Source: Malacoraja senta (Eukaryota). From it: a stretch of 64,000 nucleotides of DNA. The notes beneath the pieces are model-generated. The model had not been told where the DNA came from, ran no database searches, and worked only from the letters and a program-made list of their open reading frames with translations. The DNA is taken from positions 5,766,001 through 5,830,000 of the forward strand of contig CM075992.1 of assembly GCA_038087875.1 (NCBI GenBank), in the 5' to 3' direction. The position numbers and the translations under genes are program-made. This document shows, piece after piece, positions 25,284 through 39,035 of this stretch (positions are counted from its first letter, which is position 1; every line of letters starts with the position of its first letter).

Positions 25284-26324
25284 AATCAAATTAATTGAAA
25301 ATAAAAATAGTACTTTAACCTATTATTTGATTTCAAAAGTAAAAATTTTATGCCCCGACTCAGGATGACCAAAACATTAATTAACCTGATTTTTCCTGTA
25401 ATCTTTGGAAAGACAGTGGATAAATTTGGGTAGCAATACCAAAAAAAAAAATTCAGATGGTAACTTAGTCAATGTTTTTTTAACCTCTATGACACTAAGC
25501 AAATTGAGGGCTACAATTCACCATGTCATGAGGAAATATTTTTGTTAACAAAAATGTTTTTATTTGCACGGAAATGTCAAATTGACACTTGGGTGGGGAA
25601 AATATCAAAGAGCATTTCTGTTTCTGTTTCCTATCAAGCTGGAAAAATGACTGTAAAATAAAAAAATACCTGCAGTTCCTCATCATGGAAGAACAGTCAT
25701 TCTGGCAATACAAGATGGTGAAAGGAAGCTGAACGTTTCATGGTTAAAAACTTACAACGTACACATGGTCCTGTTTCCTACACTTCATATTAAGTCACAA
25801 AAGTGTGATCTCATTGGGAGATGAGTATGATATATTTACAAGAGGAACTGCCAGGACAACGTTTTAATGGGATTCAAATTATCCACCACTAAGTAAAACC
25901 AACAAAAGTAAATTTCATTTGCGGAATTCCGATTGTTAGAGCAAGAGACTGAAGTTGCACAGAAAGCCATTCCAATTGGCATTGCAGCTTTTCTGCTAGC
26001 CTCTAACATGTCACTTAAGCCTTGCTTAATGTGACCCTACAATCTATCAGTGAGGAAAAAAAGATGCTCGTTTCTCTCAGACGCATCTCCAACATGTTTT
26101 AAATGTCAGGCTTTTAATGTACGTTAATTTTTTATCTGAAATAAAAACTGGCTATTGCTTCAACGAATCAGTCCCTGGCAATAATGCAGTGTGTTGACAC
26201 ATTGCAGAATTGCAGCAGTGTGGCCTGGACCCCAGCTGAAGATCTAGGAAAGAAACAATCACCCACGTCACTCTTATAAACCACCGAACAGCTGGCTTTC
26301 AGAGGTAAAATAAGGAAAAGCCTA

Positions 26325-26882
<558 letters not shown>

Positions 26883-28162
26883 TCACAGAGAATTGGGATT
26901 ATTATTACTCGGTTAAGAAGACCAAGTAGCATTTTGCAAGATTTATACTTATAAATGCAGCATAACAGCTCAAAGGTTACGCCCAAGCACTCCATAACCT
27001 TTCTTATTTAAAGCAATAACTACAAGTATATTCACCATAAAGGATTGTAAACATAACACTTAGAAACAATTTCATTCTGTGAATCTTTGTAAGCACATAT
27101 GATATTATCTCCATTTCATGAGGGTCTCTGTTTAGCAATATTCCATCGATCCCTACCATTTATTGCGTATGTCCCTGCCCCTGACTGGCTTCCCAAAATG
27201 CAGCAGCTCACACTTGCTGGCATCAAGTTATATCAGACAATACTCCGCCCAACTTGTTCTTTATCATGTTGTAGCTTCAACTTCCCTCGCTATCCACATC
27301 ACCATAATCCTCAATGCAAGGGGAAACTCAAATACTTTGTCCAATTTAACTACATAACTGATGCATGATCCCTCCACTGCTAAAACCCCCCCACAATAGT
27401 TCTACACAACTAACTGATCACAAATCAGTTTGAAGTCACTCTTTCACCACATGACTAGTTCTTAAATACTACTGTGTCTTTAAATGATTGAGGAACTATT
27501 TGATATAAAGATGGTACACATTAATTTAGTTCCAATGCAAATGTTTCAGTAAAGTGAAGAGCTTCAACATTAAATCACAGGATTAAAAAATAATTTGCCT
27601 TACTGATTATTCACCACAATAGGAATAGGCAAGCATCCAAAAGATACAAAGACAATTAGCCAAAGCAGGCAAGGTATACGTATTAAAACTAGAAGTTTTA
27701 TGAACCTTGTCACAAATCTGGGCAAGGTAGAACAGCAGCTGAAAGTAATGATTCCCATCGGGAAACTTTCCAAAAAATATTGCAGTAACACCAAAAAACG
27801 CCTTCACAACCATGTGTGAATGGGTGCTCTGGATTTCAGGAGACAGAATCAGAAAACAGGAAGACACAATAGAATCAAGCTGGTTGGGTTCGGACTCATC
27901 CTTAAGTTGCATCTAAATTGTGACTTGATCCCAGATGATCAAACTGATCAAACCTGTGATCAAACTCGTTTCTCTGGGTCAATGGTCCAGTGCTTGAACC
28001 ACTCTGCTGTCAACCCCCATATCACCACATATAACTCAAATTATATGAAATTTCTATTTGATAAACTAAGACCAGGCGTTATTCCTGAAATAATGATTTA
28101 ACCATGACTGATATTTAACTAGTATTTGAATAACAGATAAATTAACCTGCAAGCAGATTTAC

Positions 28163-28380
28163 CTGGAATTTGCATTGCTCTTCTTTGATTTTTTTGGCTG
28201 TTGCTCCTTAGCTTTGCTCTTTCTCTTTTCTTCCACATCATCTTTCTTTTTATGCCTTTCTTTTTCTTTGTCCTTTTCCTTCTCTTTCTTTTTCTCCTCT
28301 TTCTTATCTTTCTCTTTCTTCTTTGGTTTTGACAGTTGGGGTTGGGAAAGGGCAGCCAGCTGCTCATGTACCGCTTTCAA
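28163..28380 (-). CDS. BRD4: BRD4 exon 9 (motif B / basic BID region)
   Basis: 218 nt, [27 protein letters not shown]...KKSNANS+AG; GTAAAT donor, phase 2. Confidence 0.95.
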
Positions 28381-29025
28381 CTATATGACACAAAACAATG
28401 CTCAAACTTAATTGCAGTTTACTTCCACAAATTTTGAACACAAGAATATGCATTTGCCTGCAACAGCTGTTGTTATGTCGTCTACTTGATGGATGCACAT
28501 TCACACAAAGTTTAGAGGGAAGAGGTAGGGAAATACTTCTGACAATATAAATAATTTGTAGTAATTTTATCAGAAGGCAGGTACAACATAGATTAGTATC
28601 TGCCATCTAGTAAATACTGAATTAGATAATATAATGCTCACAATTACACAGTATCACAAGATGGTTACAGCTTAGGAGGCAGCTGTTTGGTCCATCAATT
28701 CTATGTTGGTTCCATGCAAAATAAATCCAGCTGGTCCCATGCTCATCCTCTCCCATTGCTGTGAAAATTCCTGAGATATTCTCCAGATACTATTCAATTC
28801 TATATTCAATTTGCCTCCATTCCAACCCCAGACGAATAGTTTCCCTGTATAAAAACACTTTACCTGATTATTTACTTGCATGTATTTACGTGACACCAAA
28901 AAGGAAGGAAAATGCTGGAATCTATCATTAACAAGGCACTCAGAAAATAACAAATTTATGAGAGAAATCGCGTTTAACAAACCTGTTGTGTTTGAGGATA
29001 TAAGATATGTATACTTTCAGAAAGT

Positions 29026-29249
29026 AGACAAAAGTGCTGGTGAAACTCAGCGGGTGCAGCAGCATCTATGGAGCGAAGGAAGTAGGCAACGTTTCGGGCC
29101 GAAACCCTTCTTCAGACCCTGAAAGGGTTTCGGCCCGAAACGTTGCCTATTTCCTTCGCTCCATAGATGCTGCTGCACCCGCTGAGTTTCTCTAGCACTT
29201 TTGTCTACCTTCGATTTTCCAGCATCTGCAGTTCCTTCTTAAACTCTTA
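29026..29249. mobile_element. Young Penelope-like fold-back (same subfamily as 13091), near-perfect ~90 bp stem
   Basis: TSD TATACTTTCAGAAAGT at 29010-29025 and 29250-29265. Confidence 0.9.
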
Positions 29250-29289
29250 TATACTTTCAGAAAGTCTTCAATATGGTCCCGAATAAGAG

Positions 29290-30130
29290 ATTTAAAAAAA
29301 CAGAACGCACGAGGGTTAATATACAGGCATGGATGGAGGATTAGTTTATAGAAATCAGTAGGAGGCTAAACAAGTGGGATGCCACAGGGTTGGTGCTAAT
29401 ATCTCAGCTGTAATTAATCAATCTATATTTGGACACCGGATCATGTAATATGTCCAAGTTTGCTGATGATACCATAAGCTAAGCAGCATTATGTGCTATG
29501 AAAATGACGGAGAGCTGCCTTAAAGGGACATGGACATGCAAAGTGAATAGCAAGGACTTAATGGATGACGTATAACATTAAAAAGGTAATCCACTTTCGT
29601 AAAACAAAATTGAAAGGGAATTTAAACAAAAATGTCAGAGGAAGTGTTCTAAAGTACACAAATGCTCTCTAGAACGCAAATCATAGATAATTCACAATTG
29701 GCAGTGGGAAGGCAAACAACGTACTAGTTTTGACTGGAAAACTAGAGGTGGTGCTTCAGGAATATTGTCAATCATTGTGATCTCCCCACCAAAAGCGCAT
29801 ACTTGTAATAGAGAGAATTCAGCAAAATCAGAAGATCAATTCCTCAGACAGAGGATTTATCCTGAGGAAAGATTAAACAGACTGGGTGCATGCTCCAGTT
29901 TAAGACAACGAGAGAATCTCAATAAATATACAAAATTCTTATAAGGGCTTTACAGAGTAGTTGCCGAGTTGGTTGTCCCTAACTATCGAGAACTAGGGAT
30001 CTTAGCCTTGAACAAGGCCAAGATGAGAAAATAAATTCTTCAAACATGAATAGTGAAAGTTGTGGGGGCTCAATTCACTCAGTACACCGAGGTATCAATA
30101 TTATTTAGGTGTTAAGGGAATTAAGGGATA
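29290..30130 (+). mobile_element. Highly decayed CR1-like LINE RT/3' fragment
   Basis: SKFADDT-like motif (tccaagtttgctgatgatacc) at ~29453. Confidence 0.55.
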
Positions 30131-30486
30131 TGTTTAACAATGCTGTGGGAGAGAGGGGTTCCAGGAATTTGACCGAGCGATACTTTTGTTGCCGTTGTCC
30201 TTCTTGGATTTGGAAGGTTCTGTTAAACAACCTTTGGTGAGTTATTGTAATGCATCATGTAGACAATACAAACTGCTGCTACTGTGCATCAATGGTGGAA
30301 TGAGTGAATGGCTGTGGATGGGGTGCCTATGGTACAGATGCAAAGCTTCTTTATTGTTGTGAAATCTGTACACATCCAGGCAAGTGAGGAGTATTCCATT
30401 ATACTCCTGACATGAGCCTTGTAGATGTGGTTCTTCAGAGTTTTTCCAGGATTTTCTGCTTTTCTTTCAGTCAAGTAATTCCATAG

Positions 30487-30586
30487 ATACAAAAAGCTGG
30501 AGTAACTCAGCGGGACAGGCAGTATCTCTGGAGAGAAGGAATGGGTGACGTTTCGGGTCGAGACCCTTCTTCAGAGGCCCTTCTTC
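30487..30586 (-). mobile_element. Penelope-like pseudo-LTR with intact hammerhead-like core
   Basis: TSD AGTAATTCCATAG at 30474-30486 and 30587-30599. Confidence 0.8.
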
Positions 30587-32119
30587 AGTAATTCCATAGT
30601 TTAAGTAGATTCAAGTATATCTTTGATGGGTCTAATTGTTTTCTGAACTGTCATTCAGCAAATTTTCAATTAATAAAAATGATAACATACAAATCAACCT
30701 GTTGCCAACTGTTGTCATATCTTATCTCTCCAGCTATGAAAAGAATTCCGAACATGATAAACAGTGTATTCTTTAGTTCTTATTACTTATCCTCTTCCTG
30801 AGAAGGGTCAGTTAAAATTTATGTTGGGGTTGTCAATTAAGCTGGATATAAATGAAAGGATGACTGCAGTACACCATATTCTAAACTAATTGTACTAAAT
30901 CACTGTACCACGAGGTAACAATGAAATGCCAGGAGTAGTAGGAAGGTGGCAAAACAGTAACACCCACGTAGCAAAATTCCAATGCTTTGAGACTGATTTC
31001 TGCATAAAAAGTTGCACACAGTGCAAAGCAAGTGATCCAGTTTTATCCATTAACATTTATCTTGAGTCTCAAATTCCACAAGTATTAATTTGTTATTGCT
31101 CATTGAAAGAACTTTGTGGAAATTTAAAAATACAGGACAGTTTGGAAGATGATTCTAATATTTCCACCATGTACCTGAATTATACATTCCATATAAATGT
31201 CATGTATAATTTGCTCTCCACTTGGGTAGACGATATCCAATTTTTCTGCATTCTGTCTTCAAGCACTAAAAAGTATGTCACAAGAGGAAAAAAAGCTGCC
31301 CCACATCAGTTACTTATGGCAGACATCGCCACGAGCCGCAGCACAATATGCAATTAAACAAAACTCATTTCCACCCTACACGATTTAATCAAGGTTAACT
31401 CCAAATTTTCAGTGGTACAATCATATTCAGTGAGCCGTGAATTTAAACATGCTTTACATTTCAATTCCACCAGTTTCAAAGCTGTTATCATGAATCAATT
31501 CTGAAGCAGTATGTTTACACAAGAACCGAAAGTGTTTTGCAAAGTTTGCCCTCTACTAATCAATGGAAAGAAAATTGATTTTCAGTTTTCAAATTATGAG
31601 ACTACAATCTGATTGAATTGCAACATTCAGAATAGCAAAGTGAAAGAAAGAGTTGACTGGTATCAAACCAAGGTCATCTTCAAAAGATGCTGTGTACTTT
31701 ATGGTGCGGCTGGGAACGTCACATAATGTTCCGGAACAATTCCACAAACACTGATATAATTCATTCTTTTGACATTGATAAAATTGTGATCTTACTTGCT
31801 TAGTTGCTCAGAGATGATTTCTCCAAGTAAAGTTTGAGAACATTACTCAGATCAGCTCCAAATTATTTGATAAAACTGATTCTTTTAAAATTTGTTCAAA
31901 AGCTCTGTCTCTTTCATAAATTACTGAGTGTTTTTTACTGGAATATCCCAGGCTCGAGAAATAAATGTGACATTGGTTTTCCAGCTTGTAATTTAATCAG
32001 TTTATGTTTGATCAAAAATACAACATGTTCGCAGTGGAAATGGGAATTGGGTAGATGGAAAACAACATTAATTGCTGTAAGTAAACACATACTATCATTA
32101 TGTTTCCAATCCACTGCTT

Positions 32120-32387
32120 CAGAAAGATTTAATAGGAATCTGAGGGGCAACGTTTTCACACAAAGGGTGGTGGGTGTATGGAACGAGCTGCCAGAGGAGG
32201 TAGTTGAGGCAGGGACTACCCCAATGTTTAAGAAACAGTTAGACAGGTACTTGGATAGGGCAGGTTTGGAGGGATATGGGCCAAACGCAGACTGGTGGAA
32301 CTAGTGTAGCTGGGACATGTTGGCCGGTGTGGGCAAGTTGGGCCTAAGGGCCTGTTTCCACACTGTATCACTCTATGACTATGACTA
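32120..32387 (+). mobile_element. CR1-like (HER1-like) LINE 3' end
   Basis: FNRNLRGNVFTQRVVGVWNELP...FKKQLDRYL; tail (CTATGA)n; same tail at ~62925-63030. Confidence 0.85.
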
Positions 32388-32626
32388 TCCAGAATTTTTA
32401 TTGCCTTAGAGGTATGGAAGTTCAGAGTTAATTGGTTATTTGCCATTTGATGGCCCCATGAAAAAATGCTAAGCAAGCCATTGCAGTATAGGCACCAACC
32501 TATGGTTGGGATTATATAAAAACTGAAGAAATGGTTAAAGTTTTGAAAATTAATATTCATACAGAAAAACTAGTCGATGCCTACAGGTTTGAAAGACAGG
32601 AAAGCACTAATTGGTCAAATTCATGG

Positions 32627-32680
32627 GCAAATTAAGCAATATTTTTTCAGCAAATTAAGCAATATTTATTCAGCAAATTA
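32627..32680. repeat. 23-bp tandem repeat, ~2.3 copies
   Basis: GCAAATTAAGCAATATTT(T/A)TTCA units. Confidence 0.8.
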
Positions 32681-33304
32681 AAGGAGAATAACTCAAGAGA
32701 ACATGGTAGCTCCATCAAACACAGCAGAAAAAATACGGATAAGAACAGACACAAACGCATAAAGTGTCGAGTCTGACCAAGAATGTCCCAATGTAGAACC
32801 AAAGGGCATTACAGTAGGGCGTGTGTAAGTTATATAAAAAGAACCCGTAAATCTCTGATAAACACGAACCCTGATAAATGGAGCTGCACAGCCGATAATT
32901 GCGTTGAACTTCTTAATGCTATGTAATCCATGTAGACATACAAGTATATAGAAACAGAAAACTATGTGAAAATGGGGATACACAAATAATGAACACTTTA
33001 TTTAAAAATAATCCAACCCACAATGTGCGTCAGAAAAGAAAACCGCTCAACCAAGAACTGACCTTTCCAAATTACCAAATGGAAAACTGCAAAAATGCAA
33101 CCCTCATAAATGGATATTAGAGTTCCATTCATAATAATTTCTGACAGTCTGTCAAATGATTTTAAAATATCAACTCATTGTAAAGTGGTGGCAATCATTC
33201 AGTTTAAAATAACTTAAAATAATATCCTGTCTACTACAGAAATGTGGAGCTAAGATACTAAAATCATGGCTAACCTATTTGTATGGAGGCCTGAAAGGCA
33301 GTAC

Positions 33305-33511
33305 CTGTTCTTGAAGTTCAGCCAGCCGCTGTGCCCGCTCCTCCTCAGAATCGTCTGTGCTGCTGTCGCTGTCAGAGGAGCTATCACTGCTACTGTCGCT
33401 CGAGGATGAGGATGACACCTGGTTGGTTGGAGGTGGTACAGGCGGAGGAGATGGAACAACTGGTTCAACGGGCTCGTCTGGCATTTTTGCAAAACGCATC
33501 TCAAACACATC
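33305..33511 (-). CDS. BRD4: BRD4 exon 8 (end of BD2, NPS acidic/Ser cluster, start of motif B)
   Basis: 207 nt, [14 protein letters not shown]...[30 protein letters not shown]; ttctag acceptor, GTACTG donor. Confidence 0.96.
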
Positions 33512-34084
33512 CTAGAAAGAACAAAGCAAGGATATGAAATCCAACTACCAGCTAAATTGAACAATGCATTAAATCACTTGCATTATCATTCACTTGCATA
33601 AAAAGAGGGAGACTAATGTCAAAACAAGGAGCAATTTCCAGTTGAGGAGCAAGTTCTCAACTAATGACTCATCTTCAGTGTGGAAGGACATATAAGAAAT
33701 CACCAGCTACAAGAGGGAACCCCCCCCCCACTCCTTGGACAATTGGCAGCTGACCAATGACCTGAATGAGTTCTACTGCAGGTTTAAAAGGCAGAAACAT
33801 AACCCAGATATGCCCAAAGGCCGGACAATTTTTCCCTCTACCCTTAAGGTCTGTGCCGAGCAACTGGCAGCAGTCTACACAAACATTTTCAATCAGTCCC
33901 TGCAAACCTGCACTGTCCCTGCCTGCTTCAGAGCCTCCACCATTGTTCCGGTACCCAAAAAACCAAGGATTACTGGTCTTAATGACAACAAGCCTGTCGC
34001 ACTGACCTCTGCAATCATGAAAACCCCTGAAAGACTTGTGCTGGCCCACCTGAAAAGTATCACAAACCCCCTGCTAGATAAATA

Positions 34085-34600
34085 GATCATAGAAACATAC
34101 AAAAATAGATGCGGGAATGGCCATTCAGCCCTTCGAGCCAGCCATTCAATATGATCATGGCTTATCATCTAAAATCAGTACCCAGTTCCTGCTTTTCCCC
34201 CCACATTTAAGTTGATTTAAACGTGCTATATAAATAAAATGTACTTACTTACTTACATCCCTTGATTCCTTTAGCCCTAAGAGCTAAACCTAACTCTCTC
34301 TCGAAAACATCCAGTGAATTGGCCTCCACTGCCTTCTGTGACAGAGAATTCCACAGGTTCACAACTCTCTGGGTGAAGAAATGTTTCCTCATCTCAGTCC
34401 TAAATGGCCCACCCCTTATTCTTAAAGTGCTACCCCTGGTTCTGGACTCCCCCAACATCGGGAACATTTTACCTGCATCTTGCCTGTCCAATCCTTAAAG
34501 AATTTTGTGTCTCTATAAGATCCCCTCTCATCCTTCCAAATTCCAGTGGCTACAAGCCCAGTGGACCCATTCTTTCATTATATGTCAGTCCCACCATCCC
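34085..34600 (-). mobile_element. CR1-like LINE 3' end nested in the Rex1-like LINE
   Basis: GESRTRG...FFTQRVVNLWNSL (ORF 34249-34491). Confidence 0.8.
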
Positions 34601-35284
34601 ATGGAGTCAGTGGATGACGCAGTCAACCTAGGCCTGCACTTCATCCTCCAGCACCTAGACCACCAGAGGACCTATGCAAGGATTCTGTTTGTGGATTTTA
34701 GCTCTTCATTCAACACCATTGTGCCAGAGCTACTACACTCCAAACTCTCCCAGCTGACTGTGCCTCAACCACTCTGTCAGTGGATCACCAACTTCCTGAC
34801 AGGAGCAGCATTTAAGGCTGGGAAAGTACATCTCAGACCCGCTGACCCTCAGCATAGGAGAACTGCAAGGCTGCATACTATCTCCTCTCCTTTACTCTCT
34901 CTACACCAACAACTGCACCTCCACAGACTCCTCTGTCAAGCTTCTCGAGTTTGCGGATGACATAACCCTGATTGGGCTGATCCAGGATGGGGAGGAATCT
35001 ACCTACAGACAGGAAATGACACAGCTGGTGTCCTGGTGCCATCGCAACAACTTGGAACTCAATGTTCTTAAGACATTGGAATTGATTGTGGTCTTTAGGA
35101 GAGCTCCCCCTCCCCTCCCTCCACTCACCATCAACAACACTACAGTCACAACTGTAGAGTCATTTAAGTTCCTCGGAACCATCATCTCCAAGAACCACCA
35201 TCGACTACATAGTCAAAAAAGACCCACAGAGGAAGTACTTCCCGCGGCAGTTAAGGAAACACAACCTGCCACAGGCAATGATGG

Positions 35285-35508
35285 TGTAGGAAAGAACGGC
35301 AGATACTGGTTTAAATCGAAAGTAGATACAAAATGCTGGAGTAACTCAGTGGGACAGGCAGCATCTCTGGAGAGAAGGAATGGGTGACGTTTAGGGTCGA
35401 GACCCTTCTCCACAGTCTGAAGAAGGGTCTCGACCCGAAACTTCACCCATTCCTTCTCTCCAGAGATGCTGCCTGTCCCACTGAATTACTCCCGCATTTT
35501 GTGTCTAC
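35285..35508. mobile_element. Penelope-like fold-back nested in the Rex1-like LINE
   Basis: TSD CAGGCAATGATGG at 35272-35284 and 35509-35521. Confidence 0.88.
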
Positions 35509-36771
35509 CAGGCAATGATGGCCCAGTTTTACACTACCATCATAGTCTGTCCTCACCTCCTCTATCATGGTCTGGTTTGGCTCAACCACCAAGCATGACA
35601 TCCGGAGGCTGCAGCGCATCGTTCGATCAGCTGAGAAAGTTGTTGGCTGTAACCTTCCCCCCCCCCCCCCCCATTGACGAATTGTACACTGCAAGGACCA
35701 GGAAGTGAGCGGGTAAGATCATCTCTGACCCCTCTCACCCTGGCCACGAACTCTTTGAAGTAATTCCCTCTGGGAGGCGACTCCAGACCATCAAAGCCGC
35801 CACAGCCAGACAAAAAAAATGCTTTTTTCCATGAGCAGTAGCTCTCCTCAACAGCCAAAAGTAACCTCTTTTTACTCTGGTACTTTATTTTCACGTGTTT
35901 AAATTATATTTTATTTTTAATTGTCTACTATATACTGTGTTTTTATCCTTGCGTGTAAAGCACCAAGGCAAATTCCTTCTATGTATACATACTTGGCTAA
36001 TACGTTTTTATTCATTCATATGACAAAAACTCAGGTAAAATATGCCAAATTGAAATTGAATAGTTTCCTTAATAAAAAGTTACATATCTGAAAATGAAAA
36101 ACAAAATTCCCAACTAAAAATTGATGATCAAATATAATTATGGCCCTCAAAATCACTGCAGGGATCAAGTAAACGGTCTCTTACTTCAATGCCTTCCAAT
36201 TCAGCATTTTAATACTGTTGCAGTTATCAATGCGAGAACGATATTTTAAACTCTGTAAAATTGATCAACCAGTTAATGATCTGCTCAGGTATAAAGTTAA
36301 CAAAACCAACCCAAATCCAGGGTTATGTATCCTGAGCTGACCACGAGCAATTTGAACCCAACACAAGCCTGGGCTCTAATAAATCCCAGATATATAACCT
36401 TTATTACCAATTGTCCAGCTAGTGGAAAGAATAGCTCACTATTTACCCTCTCAAAAACAATAAAAACCATTGTCATTTTTCTATTTTAATGGTCTCGATT
36501 TTGAAACCCTCACAATTAAAACACTGCTTGGTTTTGTGGAGCATGTAATGTACCCTCTCCACTACTTAAATTATGGGGCACGATATTTTAATTGTACAAA
36601 AACCAAAGGCATGGAATAATTCAAAATCGTTAAATTTGCTCTGATTTTTAATAGCTCAATATGTCAAGAAAAAATAAGTTGCTATATGGCAGCTTTCACA
36701 TACTCATGGCAATTCACTACCAAGTGAAGTTAGAAATGAAAAAAGGACATAAAACTGTCACTACCTAATAA

Positions 36772-36977
36772 CAACGAACTGCAGATGCTGGTTTATATCA
36801 AAGAGACACAAAATGCTGAAGTAACTCAGCGGTTCACGCAGCATCTCTGGGGAAAATGGATAGGTGACATTTCGGGTGGGGACCCTTCTTCAGGCACCTT
36901 CTTCAGTCTGAAGAAGGGTGCTGACCTGACATGTCACCTATCCATTTTCCTATGTTACTCCGGCATTGGGTGTCTAC
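36772..36977. mobile_element. Degenerate Penelope-like fold-back
   Basis: Inverted pseudo-LTR arms around cttcttcagtctgaagaag. Confidence 0.7.
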
Positions 36978-37616
36978 AAGAAAGCAGCTCTTTTGAACAA
37001 ACTCATCAACAGCAATGTGATAGGTGAACAAACACCTGTTAACATTAAGAAATACATGATAATGTGCCATAAGAGCATTTGTGTACAATTGACTAGATAG
37101 ATATTCAATGGATAGACATTCAATTGAATATTTGAGAGTTGCCACTTCGAATAGTACTTGGTCAGTAATATAATCATGTCAACTTGCATTAGCTGCTTAA
37201 TGTTTTGAACACTGTTTGAATCTGAGATCTCTTGATTCACAGACAAAAGTGTTATCACTGCGCCGTCCCACGATCTGATACATTTAGTTTGACTTTATTG
37301 ACTTGCATTCATAACTTTAACGTATGTTTTCTACATTTCCGACCAATGGTCTTACACCTTTATTGATCTCAATGACAGATTGGGGACAACGAATGAGAGA
37401 TGAATTTACAACAGATATAAATTTTCATTTGCAGGAACTACTTTATGGCTACTTTAATTTGTTCCTTCCATTAAAAACATACAACCGTATAGCTTAAATC
37501 AAATTTAGTTAAACGTCTTAGCCTTCCCACCATACTCATCTAAACTATGGAAACCTGTATTAGAATATATGTTTCTAGTCCAGTAGAAGGATCCAATGAA
37601 ATAAGTATTCCTTTCT

Positions 37617-38038
<422 letters not shown>

Positions 38039-39035
38039 CTAAAAGCAAACAAAAGATCAAGACATTGGCTACAACTCACAGGCAACCTTCCAGTCACTCT
38101 GAAATTAAGTACCTTAAAATTCCTTATGTATTAATACTACTGGAATTAATTCAAGTTAACAAAACTAAGACCTCGGTGTTTGCTACTGGCTTGTATAAAA
38201 TCAATGTTATAATCAGGAATACTGTACAAAGATTCAAACCTCCAGATTTCTAAATTAATCTTTTTGGATTAAAAATAACCCAGGTTCAAGCTTTGAAAGG
38301 ATTTTTCTTTTCCAAAACAAGTACATTCTTCATCTAACATTGCTGTCTCAATTTAAAACACAAATGGCTAGCGAATGTTAACCTACATCAAATGCGATGA
38401 AGTTTTTCAGTAATATACCAATATTAATCTTTGTACAACTTCAAAACAGTCGAAGTTTCCAAAAACAAAACCCATATTCTCCTCAAAAGTTCACAAAGTA
38501 CACACACGCATCTTACATACAGCTCTCACTTCAACGAACATGAACTTATTTTACTGCTCCAGTGTTCTCCATATTCCAACAGCATATTGAAGGGGACTGA
38601 TCAAATAAATTGGGTCATGTGTTTTTCATTTCACCTATTAATCAAAAAAAACAAGACTGCCTAACGTCTGACAAATGAAACATGTCCTATGTTCAACACT
38701 AATATGAAACAACTCGAGTTACCATGGTCTTTGAAACTCTGCCTCTTGCAGAAATCATTTACTAAATCATTTACTAAATGCAGCAGTGTGTGTGGGAATC
38801 TAATTTAATCACAGTTTAGATCCAGAACAGTAAATATCCAGCCCATTGATAAATGCTTAACAAAATTGCTGGTAATGGCAACATTTATTACCCATCCCCA
38901 ACTGCCCATGATGTTGTCAACTTGAAAACTGAGTTCTTCAGATTAAGGTAATCTCGCTGTGCTACATTGAACAGTAGAGCACAAGCACATGCCCTTTGGT
39001 CCGCACATTCTGGACCAAACACGATGCCAAGATGC

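Larger units (their letters stand above)
33620..36018 (+). mobile_element. Rex1/Babar-like LINE with deletions, hosting two nested insertions
   Basis: RT peptides LKVCAEQLAAVYTNIFNQSL, PVALTSAIMK, ARILFVDFSSSFNTI, FADD; (ATTC)n tail. Confidence 0.85.

Noticed and set aside
25600-25690. Box C motif ATGATGA suggesting an intronic C/D snoRNA (also near 19175)
   Set aside because: No properly placed box D CTGA or terminal stem.
28119-28411. Arg/Lys-rich and Phe/Ser-rich ORFs
   Set aside because: Alternative-frame and antisense shadows of BRD4 exon 9.
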